Of a DNA stretch of 64,000 nucleotides, positions 47,650 through 56,612 are shown piece by piece. The notes beneath the pieces are model-generated. The model was given only the letters and a program-made list of their open reading frames with translations, was not told the origin of the DNA and did no database searches. The stretch is from positions 544,001-608,000 of the forward strand of contig JASGHJ010000002.1 in assembly GCA_047602405.1 (NCBI GenBank), in the 5' to 3' direction. Source of the stretch: Anaeromyxobacteraceae bacterium (lineage in GTDB: Bacteria > Myxococcota > Myxococcia > Myxococcales > Anaeromyxobacteraceae). How positions within the stretch are numbered: position 1 is the first letter of the stretch; every line of letters starts with the position of its first letter. The position numbers were made by a program, and so were the translations under genes.

Positions 47650-48501
47650 TCACGGCGCCCCCGGGAACCCCACGTAGGTCTGCCCGAGCCAGGTGAGCTT
47701 GCCGTCCGCGCCGAGGAGGTCGACGGGCCAGGCGGGATCGACCGGGTTCGAGCGTCCGATGAACCACGCGTAGCGGAACACGTCGGCGCGCCCCTCGAGC
47801 AGCGGCACCGCCTCGGCCATGTAGTCGGCCTGCCCCTTCGTCGAGCCCTTCCGCGAGGCCTCGTCGGCGCAGGAGAACTCGGTCAGCCACAGCGGCTTCC
47901 CGTACTTCGCGAACCGGTCGAGGTACCACGAGAGCGCGCCGCCGTAGCAGACGTAGGCGTGCACCGCGAGGTGGTCCACCCGGCAGCCACCGCGCGCGGC
48001 GCAGGCGGCGAAGAACGCGTCGAGCCAGGCGACGGGGTCCGTCTCCCAGCAGGCGCCGCCGCAGTAGTTCACGGCGGGCGCCACGAGCAGGAGGCCGCGG
48101 TCGTCCGCGATCTGCTCGAGGAGCGGCCAGAGGTCGGCCGCTTCCGTCGGGGAGAGGTTCGCCTGCGCGGTCTTGAAGTTGGGCTCGTTGAAGCCGAGGA
48201 GGTACTTCGCGCCGGGCGGGATGGCGGCCTCGATCCCCGGCACGTCGGCCGCGGTGATCTTCCCCCAGACCATGGGCACGAACTCCGCGCCGGCGGGCGC
48301 GGCGCCGGGGTGCGTCGACCAGTTGTAGTACCAGCCCACCTGCGGCCCGAGCGCGTCGGCGTCGGCCTGGCTCGTGAGGTCGTACGCGACGCCGCGCTTC
48401 GTGCCCGCGGCCGGCCGCTCGCCGCCGCCCGCGTCCTTCGAGGCGAGGCGGCAGGCGGGGAGGGTGAGGGCGGCCGTGAGCAGGGCGAGGCGGAGGAGCA
48501 C
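47650..48501 (-). CDS. GH128 beta-1,3-glucanase-like lipoprotein
   Basis: Lipobox LPAC; WYYNW, FVPMVWG, LLGFNEP, AVHAY, KPLWLTEF, RYAWF. Confidence 0.85.
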   Translation of the reverse strand: MLLRLALLTAALTLPACRLASKDAGGGERPAAGTKRGVAYDLTSQADADALGPQVGWYYNWSTHPGAAPAGAEFVPMVWGKITAADVPGIEAAIPPGAKYLLGFNEPNFKTAQANLSPTEAADLWPLLEQIADDRGLLLVAPAVNYCGGACWETDPVAWLDAFFAACAARGGCRVDHLAVHAYVCYGGALSWYLDRFAKYGKPLWLTEFSCADEASRKGSTKGQADYMAEAVPLLEGRADVFRYAWFIGRSNPVDPAWPVDLLGADGKLTWLGQTYVGFPGAP

Positions 48502-48595
48502 GACGCGAGGCTATCACCCGGGGCGCCCACGCAGGTCCCCGGGAACGGGTCCTCGTACGTGGCATGATGCCCCCTCACCCGAGGTGGAGGTCTCC

Positions 48596-49534
48596 ATGCC
48601 GGTCGCCGTGCCCCGACCGTCCGGACTGTCCGAGCCCGGCGCCGTTCCCGTCCTCGTCGTGGGCTGCCTCGCCGTGGGCCTCGCGGCGGGTGCGCTGCTC
48701 GGCGTCGTCTCGCAGTGGTTCAGCCTCCTCGTCCTGTTCCCCGCGTTGCTCGGCTTCGCCGTCGGGGTCTTCGCCACCTGGCGGATCACGGAGGGCCGGA
48801 TCCGCGCGCCGGTGCTCGCGGGGACCGTCGCGCTCTGCGGGGCGCTCGCCGCCCAGGCGACGGTGCACGTGGTGGACTACGAGGCCTTCCGGCGACGCGG
48901 CGCGGCGGCCATCCGCGGCGACTCGCCCGGCGCCGACGTGGACGCCGAGATCGACGCGTTCCTCGCGGCCCAGACCGGCCAGACGGGGCTCCCTGGGTTC
49001 ATCGCCTTTCGCGCGAAGCAGGGCGTCGGCATCTCGCGGGGCGGCAAGACCACGAACTTCACCGGCTGGGGCGCCTACGGACTCTGGATGGTCGAGCTCC
49101 TCGTGGCGGGGATCACGGCCGCGTGGCTCGCGTTCGACCGGGCGCGCCAGCCGTTCTGCGAGCTTCTCGGTGACCCGCCCCGGGAAGTCGAAGGAGTCGA
49201 CGAAGACGCGGCACCGCACCGGGCTGCGCATCGAGGAGGCCCGAGAGCTGCGAGCCTCGGCCCTCGCCACGCCCGAGAGGTGAGCTGGTCGTGCACCTGG
49301 GCGCTGAAGGGTGAGGCCGACGGACGGATCCGGGCGTCGGCGACGATCTACGGGGTCGATGCGATCCAGGCCCTCGAGCTCGCGCTGCTGCATGCGGGGG
49401 CGCGCGTCGCCGCCGAGGTTCCGGGACTCCGGTGGGGTGACTCGTCGAACCTCGGCTTGCCCACGCACGACGAGCAGATGCTCCTGAGCGCCTTCCGCCG
49501 CCGGCGCAGGGAAGCCGAAGGCACGCAGGGGTAG
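48596..49534 (+). CDS. Hypothetical membrane protein, possibly chimeric with a DUF6968-like C-terminus
   Basis: GGAGG RBS; 4 TM up to RQPFCE, a poorly coding linker, then WSC...YGVDAIQALELAL. Confidence 0.55.
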   Translation: MPVAVPRPSGLSEPGAVPVLVVGCLAVGLAAGALLGVVSQWFSLLVLFPALLGFAVGVFATWRITEGRIRAPVLAGTVALCGALAAQATVHVVDYEAFRRRGAAAIRGDSPGADVDAEIDAFLAAQTGQTGLPGFIAFRAKQGVGISRGGKTTNFTGWGAYGLWMVELLVAGITAAWLAFDRARQPFCELLGDPPREVEGVDEDAAPHRAAHRGGPRAASLGPRHAREVSWSCTWALKGEADGRIRASATIYGVDAIQALELALLHAGARVAAEVPGLRWGDSSNLGLPTHDEQMLLSAFRRRRREAEGTQG

Positions 49535-49604
49535 ACGAGTTCTCGAGACCTGGCGGGCGGCGGTCTCCGCGCGGAGCCAGCCGCGCGCTCTGCGCGCCGA
49601 AGGC

Positions 49605-50276
49605 TCACCCCGGCGGCGCGATCGACGCGACGAGCAGGCTCCACGTCACGTGCGACACGAGCGCGGGCACGAGGCTGCCGCGCCAGGCCGCGAGCGCGCC
49701 CCAGGCGGCGTAGGTGGGCAGGGTCGCGAGCGCGAGGAACGGCTCGCCGGTGACGAGCGCGAGCACGACCGCGAGCCCCACCGCCGCGGTGAGGCCCCGG
49801 GCCGGGCCGAGGCGCCGCGCGAGCCAGGCCTGCACGACCCCGCGCCAGAACAGCTCCTCCGCGGGCGCGATGAGGAGGGCGATCGCGAGGGCGGCCGCGA
49901 ACGTTCGGGCCTCGAACCGGCGGAGCGTGCCCTCGAGCGGCCCGCAGAGCGCGTCGGAGAACCCGCCGCAGAAGCCCCACAGGAAGAGCCGGGTCCCGAG
50001 GTACAGGACCGCCCCGGCCGCGAGCCCGAGGGCCACGTCGGCGGCGCCGGGCCGCAGGCGCTCCAGGAGGCCGGCCGGCGCCGCCCGGGCCGACGCGGTC
50101 ATCCAGGCGAGGCAGAGCGGCGAGGCGAGGAGGAAGAACGACCGCGGGCTCGCGTCGATGAGGAGCGCGAACACGCCGGCGAGCACCACGGCGGCGGCGA
50201 CGGCGAGGCGCGGAAACGGGGCGAGGGGCGCGGGCACGGGCGCGACAGTGTAGAGGGGGAGCGCGGTGGGCGTCAC
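49605..50276 (-). CDS. CPBP (Abi/CAAX-II) intramembrane metalloprotease
   Basis: AEELFWRG, RGSLVPALVSH; multiple TM segments. Confidence 0.82.
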   Translation of the reverse strand: MTPTALPLYTVAPVPAPLAPFPRLAVAAAVVLAGVFALLIDASPRSFFLLASPLCLAWMTASARAAPAGLLERLRPGAADVALGLAAGAVLYLGTRLFLWGFCGGFSDALCGPLEGTLRRFEARTFAAALAIALLIAPAEELFWRGVVQAWLARRLGPARGLTAAVGLAVVLALVTGEPFLALATLPTYAAWGALAAWRGSLVPALVSHVTWSLLVASIAPPG

Positions 50277-50326
50277 GCGACGGGGTCGTTGCGGTCCACC
50301 CGGCGGCGTGAAACGCTCCCCGGGCC

Positions 50327-50746
50327 ATGGCGGATCCCGTCCGCGACCCCCTCCGTCTCCTCGCCGTCTTCCACGGCGTGCTCGCCGGGCTCACCGTGCT
50401 CGGCTCCGCCTTCCCGCTGCTCTACGTCGGGCTCGGCGCCTGGTTCCTGAGGGGCGGCCCCGGCGCCACCGGCCCGCACCCGCCGCCAGAGTTCGTGGGC
50501 TGGTTCATGGTCGCGTTCGGGCTCGCCTTCTTCGTGGCGGTGCTCGCGTTCGCCGTGATGCTCGGCCTCGCGGCGCGCTTCCTGTCGCGCGGGCGGCACT
50601 GGACCTACTGCCTCGTCGTCGCCGCGCTCTCCTGCGCCTTCTTCCCGTTCGGCACCGCCCTCGGGGTCTTCACGATCATCGTGCTCGCGAGGCCCGAGGT
50701 GAAGGCGGCGTTCGAGGGGCAGGCCGTCACAGCGTCCGCTCCATGA
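50327..50746 (+). CDS. Hypothetical membrane protein
   Basis: 4 TM; C..FPFGTALGVFTIIVL.RPEVK..F motif. Confidence 0.75.
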   Translation: MADPVRDPLRLLAVFHGVLAGLTVLGSAFPLLYVGLGAWFLRGGPGATGPHPPPEFVGWFMVAFGLAFFVAVLAFAVMLGLAARFLSRGRHWTYCLVVAALSCAFFPFGTALGVFTIIVLARPEVKAAFEGQAVTASAP

Positions 50747-51251
50747 ACCGCCAGCTCGCGTGCAGGCGCTCGGGCACCTCTCCCCCGGGGTAGGGCCCGC
50801 GGTCGACGAACCCCATTCGCGCGTAGAGCCCGTGCGCGGAGGTCATGAACGGCGCCGTGTCGAGCACGACGCGGGAGAGCCCCAGCGCCCGCGCGTCCTC
50901 GAGCAGGCGCGCCATGATGCGCTCGCCGAGCCGGTGGCCCCGGAAGCCCGGGCGCACGTACACGCGCTTCACCTCGCCCACGTCGCCGTGCAGGCGCCGC
51001 AGGCCGCCCATCCCGGCGGGCGCGCCGTCCAGCGAGACGAGGTAGAAGACGCCGTCCGGCGGCCGCAGGCAGACCTTCGCGAGCGCCCCGGGCACGTACG
51101 CCGCCACCGGCGCGCCGAGCACCTCCACCGGCCCGAGCCCGAACCGCTCCTCGATCCCTTCGCAGACCCAGCCGATGTACTCGACGTTGAGCTCGACGAG
51201 CACGTCTCGGTGCAGGGCGAGGTCGGCGGGCGTGAAGACGGGGGCGGACAT
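50727..51251 (-). CDS. GNAT acetyltransferase
   Basis: EVKRVYVRPGFRGHRLG, LDT, LYARMGF. Confidence 0.88.
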   Translation of the reverse strand: MSAPVFTPADLALHRDVLVELNVEYIGWVCEGIEERFGLGPVEVLGAPVAAYVPGALAKVCLRPPDGVFYLVSLDGAPAGMGGLRRLHGDVGEVKRVYVRPGFRGHRLGERIMARLLEDARALGLSRVVLDTAPFMTSAHGLYARMGFVDRGPYPGGEVPERLHASWRFMERTL

Positions 51252-51336
51252 CGCGGCGAGGCTCGCACGCCGCCACACCCGGGATCAAAGGGGCGCCGCC
51301 GGGAGCCGGTGCCGCGGCCGGTGGTATCCTCCTCGG

Positions 51337-52590
51337 GTGAACCTGCGTCCGCTGGCCGCCGCCCTCGCGCTGGCCCCCTCGCCCTCGCTCGCCCAGGCCT
51401 TCGACGGCACGCAGGCGCTCGACGCCTTCACCGGCCCCGCGGCGACCGAGGGGCGCATCATCGGGCTCGGCGGCGCCGTGGTCGGGCTGGGGGAGGGCGT
51501 CGGCGCGGCCATGTTCAACCCCGCCGCGGTGGCGCACCGGCGCCGCGATCTCGACCGGGGCTGGGATCTCGGCGGCACGCTCACCTACTACCTCCCGATC
51601 GCCCGCGACCTCGGTCACACCGACCTCGGCAACGACGGTCGCGCGGACACGGCACTCGAGGCGGAGCAGAACGCCCAGCTCGGCGGCATGGTGCAGGTCG
51701 GCCGGTTCGGGTTCGGCGTCGTCGCGACCGTGTGGCAGGCGGCGGTCCGGCGCGGCGGCGGCGACGCCGTGCAGGTGGCGACCTCCGACGTCTCCTTCAT
51801 GGCGGGCTGGGCGTTCCTGCGCGACGAGCTCATCCTCGGCGCCGCGTCCACGGTCGGCGCGGGCGAGGTGAAGTGGTTCGGCCCCGGCGTGCCGCTCACG
51901 GCGACCGTGCCGTCGGTGCGGTACGAGGGCCCCCGGCTCCGGTTCGGCGCGCTCGTGCGCCCGCGCGGCGAGCCCTGGCGGTTCGGCCTGGCCTGGGATC
52001 CCGGCGCCATCGCCGAGGTCCGGGGTGACCGGGCGCTCGTGCCGGTGCAGACGCCCGCCTCCTTCAGGTTCCCGTGGACCCTCTCCTTCGGCGGCGCGCT
52101 CTGGCTCGGCCCGAACGCGCGCCACCTCAACGAGCCGCCGGTGAAGGTCGCGCACCCGGAGGGCTGGGGCCCGGCGCCGGCCTACGAGCCGTCGCGCCAC
52201 CCGCCCGTCCTGGTCACCGCCCAGCTCGACCTCGTCGGCCCCTCGCCGGACGCCGTGACCATCGAGAGCGCGCTCTTCCCCGACCGGCCCGCGGTGCGCT
52301 CCGGCGTGCAGGGCTCGATCGTCCCGCGGGTGGGCGTGGAGTGGGAGGCCTGGCGCCGCTGGATCCGTGGGCGCGCGGGCAGCTACCTCGAGCCGTCGCG
52401 CTCCGGCGCCGGACCGCGCCTGCACGGCGCCGGCGGCTTCGAGGTGCGGATCCCGTGCTGGCCCTGGGACCTCCAGGCCGGCGCCTACGCCGACGTCGCC
52501 CGGCTCTACCGGAACGTGACGGTGTCGCTCGGCTTCTGGAACGAGACGGCGCCGCTCCCGCCCGCGGGGGCCGGCGCGCCGGCCCCGTGA
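51337..52590 (+). CDS. Putative outer-membrane beta-barrel (FadL/PorV-like)
   Basis: Signal peptide; RIIGLGGA...FNPA plug motif; amphipathic strands. Confidence 0.6.
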   Translation: MNLRPLAAALALAPSPSLAQAFDGTQALDAFTGPAATEGRIIGLGGAVVGLGEGVGAAMFNPAAVAHRRRDLDRGWDLGGTLTYYLPIARDLGHTDLGNDGRADTALEAEQNAQLGGMVQVGRFGFGVVATVWQAAVRRGGGDAVQVATSDVSFMAGWAFLRDELILGAASTVGAGEVKWFGPGVPLTATVPSVRYEGPRLRFGALVRPRGEPWRFGLAWDPGAIAEVRGDRALVPVQTPASFRFPWTLSFGGALWLGPNARHLNEPPVKVAHPEGWGPAPAYEPSRHPPVLVTAQLDLVGPSPDAVTIESALFPDRPAVRSGVQGSIVPRVGVEWEAWRRWIRGRAGSYLEPSRSGAGPRLHGAGGFEVRIPCWPWDLQAGAYADVARLYRNVTVSLGFWNETAPLPPAGAGAPAP

Positions 52591-52655
52591 CAGGGCGCGC
52601 GCCCGAGGTCTCGATCGCGGGTGACAGGCCCCCGGGACCATGATGGACTGCGCGT

Positions 52656-54246
52656 ATGGGTCACTCCCGGAGCATCCGCGCCCGGCTCCTCCCGGTGGCG
52701 CTCGTGTTGCTGGCGCTGCCGCAGGCCTCCGGGGCCGCGCCGACCCTCGACGCCGCCGCGATCTACCGGCGGGCGCTGCCCAGCGTCGTCACGCTGCGGG
52801 TCACGCGGGCGGACGGCACGCCGGCCACGGGCACCGGCTTCCTGGCCCTCAAGGAGGGGCTCGCGCTCACGGCCTGGCACGTCGTGCGCGGGGCGCGGTC
52901 GGTGGTGGCGGTCTTCTCCGACGGCGAGGAGTTCGAGGTCTCGGGCCTCGTGGACCGGGACGAGAAGCGCGACCTCGCGCTCGTCCGCGTGAAGGTGGCG
53001 GGACGTCCCGCCCTCGTGCTCGAGCGCGCCGATCCCGCAGTGGGAGCGCGCGCGTTCGTCATCGGCGCGCCGAAGGGGCTCGAGTTCTCGATCAGCGACG
53101 GGGTGGTCGCCCAGGTCCGCGCCGTCGAGGGGGTGAAGCAGCTCCAGTTCACCTGCCCCGCGAGCCCGGGCAACAGCGGCAGCCCGCTCCTCGGCGAGCA
53201 GGGGACCGTGCTCGGCGTCGTCTCGTGGCAGGTCGTGAAGGGCCAGAACCTGAACTTCGCCGTGCCCGCGGCCTACGCGGCGGGGCTCGACACGTCCCTG
53301 CCCACGACGCCCTGGGCGGCGGTGGTCACGGCCTCGCCGGCTCCCGCCGCGACCCGCGCGGAGGACGTGCTGCGCGCCGCCGCGGTCGTCGTCCAGGACG
53401 CCGACGTGCTCACGGACCAGCTCCTCGCGACACACGTGTACGTCCGGTGGGGCTTCGACGGGGCGCTCCCGCCCGTCTACTTCGACGTGCTCGGCCGGCT
53501 CGGCCGCTCGCGCATCGACCTCGAGTCGACCGACTGGGACGACCCGGTGCGCGCCCGGCGGGCCCAGCGGATCCGCGAGGACGTGATCACCTTCTTCGGC
53601 GTCCTCACGAGCCTCCACGACGCGATCGCGCTCGCCGAGCGCCACCGGGGCTGGACGGTGCGGGCGAAGGAGGCCGCGTCGATGGCGCTCGCGCCCACCG
53701 GGAGCTTCAGCGGCGCGATGGACGAGCCTCTTCAAGGATCCCGCGCTGCTCGCGTCGGCGCCCGAGGCGTGGCGGGATCTCGCGCTCGGCCGCTACGAGG
53801 AGCCCGCGCTCGGGATCGGGGTGTACGCGGAGCGCCGCCTCGTCGTGCAACACGTCGCGGGCGGCGGGCTGGGCTCCACCTTCGGGCTCGCGATCGGCGA
53901 TCGCATCCTCGCGGTCGACGGGGTGGCGCCGAAGGGCCTCCTCGAGCTGAAGGCGGCCATCCGCGCCCACCGGGACGGGCCCCTCGTCCTCGCCGTAGAG
54001 CGCGACGGGGCACGGCTCGAGCTGCGCGCCGGGAGCGAGGTGCCGGCGCCCGCGTCGTCCGCGGCCGCCGGGCTGCCCTCGCGCCCATCGGCCACGCCGG
54101 TCTCGAAGCCCCGGGCGCCCGCGGGGGTCGAGCGCACGCGGCGGGTGGGGGAAAGGTGCGTCTGGTCGGAGCAGTGCCTCCCGGGCCTCGTGTGCCCGCA
54201 GGATCACTGCGTGCCCGAGCGCAGGCCACCCGGGGACGGCGGCTGA
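52656..54246 (+). CDS. Secreted trypsin-like serine protease with PDZ domain and Cys-rich tail; +1 frameshift near 53724-53730
   Basis: TAWHVV, DLAL, PGNSGSP triad. Deleting one C from GAGCCTC joins LGIG...GLAIGDRILAVDG (PDZ) and CVWSEQCLPGLVC. Confidence 0.8.
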
Positions 54247-54346
54247 GCCGCACGCTCCGGGGCGGCGCACCACCCGGAACGCGACCCACGATGCGCACCC
54301 TGCGCGCCCTCCCCGACGCGGCCCCCGTCCCTAGCTTTAAGGGCCG

Positions 54347-55612
54347 ATGTCCTCGAGGACGCCACAGCCGGTCCCCCCCGGGGCCGTCCATGCGCTCGCC
54401 GAGGTCGCGCGGGCCGCGGCCGAAGGCCGGCCGGCGCAGGACCAGGCGCGGCTCCTCGCCCGCGCCCTCCGGGGTGCCGTTCCGGCGATCGAGGTGGCGG
54501 CCGTACTGCTCGACCGGGAGGACCGGCTGGAGGTCGCGGCCGCCGACGGGCTGGACGGCGCGGAGGGCGCCTCGCTCGCGCTCGGCGAAGGCGCCGCTGG
54601 GCGGGCCGTGGCGACCGGGCGGCCGGTGTACCAGGCCGACGCCGCGGGGGCGCCTGCGCTCGGGCCCCTCGGCGAGCGCGCCCTCGGCACGGTGTGGGCC
54701 GCGCCGCTCACCGCGCGCGGACGGACCCTCGGCGCGGTGATCGTCGGGGCGGCGGCGCCGGCGGCGTTCGGCGGCCTCGAGCTCTCGCTCCTCGAGGTCG
54801 TCTGCGCGCAGGCGGGCGCGGGGCTGGCGCTCGCCGAGGCCCACGCCGCGCTCGCGCGCGCCTTCGGCGAGCGGGAGGCGGTGCTCGAGGAGGGGCGCGC
54901 CCAGGCGCACCGCCGCGCGCAGGTGCTCGGGGCCGTGGCCCACGACCTGCGCACGCCGCTCTCGACCGTGCTCATGTCCGTCTCGCGGGTCTCGGGGGCG
55001 GCGGCCCAAGGTCCCGCCGGCGACCCGGCGCGCCGCGCGGCCGAGCTCATCACGCGCGCCGCGCACAAGATGGAGGGGCTCGTCGCGGACCTCGCCGAGC
55101 TCGCGGCGCTCGAGGCGGGGAGCCGGGAGGTGAACGCGGCGCCGGAGCGCCCCGGCGCGCTCGCGCGGGAGGCCTGCGACGCGACGCAGGCGCTGGCCGC
55201 GGAGCTCGGGGTGGAGCTCGACCTCACGTTCGCCCCGGACCTCCCGCGGATCCTGGCCGACCGCGCGCTCGCGCTGCGGGCCTTCGGCGAGCTCATCACC
55301 GGGGCGCTCCGGGCGAGCCCGCGCGGTGAGCGCGTGGCGGTCCGGGCGGAGGTGCGCGGGGACGAGGTGCGCTTCGAGATCCGCGACGCCGGGCCGGCCC
55401 TCGGCGAGGACGCCCACCGCAGGCTCTTCGACGCCCGCGCGGTCGGCGGCGGGGCCCGCGGCGCGGGGCTCGGGTTCGCCCTCGCGCGCGCGCTCGTGGA
55501 GGCGCAGGGCGGCCGCATCGGCTCCGAGCGCACCGCCGCGGGTGCGATCCTCTGGTTCACGCTGCCGGTCGTGCGCGAGGCGCCGGCCAGGGCCGGAACG
55601 ACCTCCTCCTAG
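54347..55612 (+). CDS. GAF-domain sensor histidine kinase with degenerate N-box
   Basis: GAF (GEGAAGRAVATGRPV, APL), AHDLRTPL, DAGP, GAGLG. Confidence 0.82.
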   Translation: MSSRTPQPVPPGAVHALAEVARAAAEGRPAQDQARLLARALRGAVPAIEVAAVLLDREDRLEVAAADGLDGAEGASLALGEGAAGRAVATGRPVYQADAAGAPALGPLGERALGTVWAAPLTARGRTLGAVIVGAAAPAAFGGLELSLLEVVCAQAGAGLALAEAHAALARAFGEREAVLEEGRAQAHRRAQVLGAVAHDLRTPLSTVLMSVSRVSGAAAQGPAGDPARRAAELITRAAHKMEGLVADLAELAALEAGSREVNAAPERPGALAREACDATQALAAELGVELDLTFAPDLPRILADRALALRAFGELITGALRASPRGERVAVRAEVRGDEVRFEIRDAGPALGEDAHRRLFDARAVGGGARGAGLGFALARALVEAQGGRIGSERTAAGAILWFTLPVVREAPARAGTTSS

Positions 55613-56602
55613 AACCGGCCCGCGACCGCGACGCCGCCGGCGCCCGGCCCCACGAAGGGCGCCGCCGAGAGCCGCGGTGGCTCCGCCGCTCGCCGGTCGC
55701 CCTTCCAGTCGGTGAAAAGCGCCTCCACGCCCGCCGCCGCGCCGAGGCCGAGCCCGGTGAAGAGGAGGAGGTTGCGGGTGGACTCGCGGGCGTGGACCCG
55801 GTCCGCCGACTGCTGCAGCTGGCTCGCGGGGATCGCGACGGTGAGGGCGCCCGCGACGAGGCGGTCGTACTCCCTGCGCGCGTCGCTCGCGAGCGCGTGG
55901 GAGACCCCGGCGCCGGCGAGGGCCGCGACCGCCGCGCCGCCGGTGGTCCAGAACGCCCAGGTCGGGAGCGGCGGCGGGTTGAGGCGGCGGATCACCGCGG
56001 CCTCGACGCCGCGGGCCTTCCCCGCGCGCAGCCCGCGGTCGGGGAAGACCGCGGCGATCGCCGGTCCGACAATCGCGAGCAGCTCCTCGCCGTCGCGCTG
56101 CTCGACGGTGCGGTCGAAGGACTGCCAGCGCCTTCGACCTCTTGAGGTCGAGCCGGCGCACCGAGAGCGCGTAGCGCCTGCCGGTGAGGACGATGCTCGC
56201 GGTCACGAGCTCGTCCACGCCGAGCGACCCCGCGATCTCCGCGAGGCAGGCGTCGTCCGCCTGGCAGCCGAGCATCTGGCGCTGGTACTCGAACCCCAGC
56301 ATGTCGCGGATCTCGGCCATGCCGATGGCGGAGACGCCCTCGAGCTTGCGCACCTCGGGGACGAGCGACTGGTCGAACACGGCGAGCGCGCGCTTCGGCA
56401 CGTCCCCGGTGACGCGCGGGTCGAGCACCGCCACGCGGAGCGCGCCGCCCTTCGCGCCCGCGGGGAGCCGCTGGGGCGGCGGGACGGAGAGGTCCGGGGC
56501 CTTCGCCCCGGGTGGGGGCGGGAGCGGCACGGCGGTGGACGGGGCCGCGGGACGGGCGGCCGGCTGGGCGACGAGGAGGAGGGCGGCGAGCATCCCGGTC
56601 AT
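55609..56602 (-). CDS. Secreted protein with TolB-N/CsgG-like domain and hydrophobic C-terminus; +1 frameshift near 56122-56128
   Basis: AGGAG RBS; VAVLD...LGC..DACLAEIAGSLGVDELV; corrected ALQSFDRTVE joins the 55609-55995 ORF. Confidence 0.7.
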
Positions 56603-56612
56603 GTCGGGCTCC

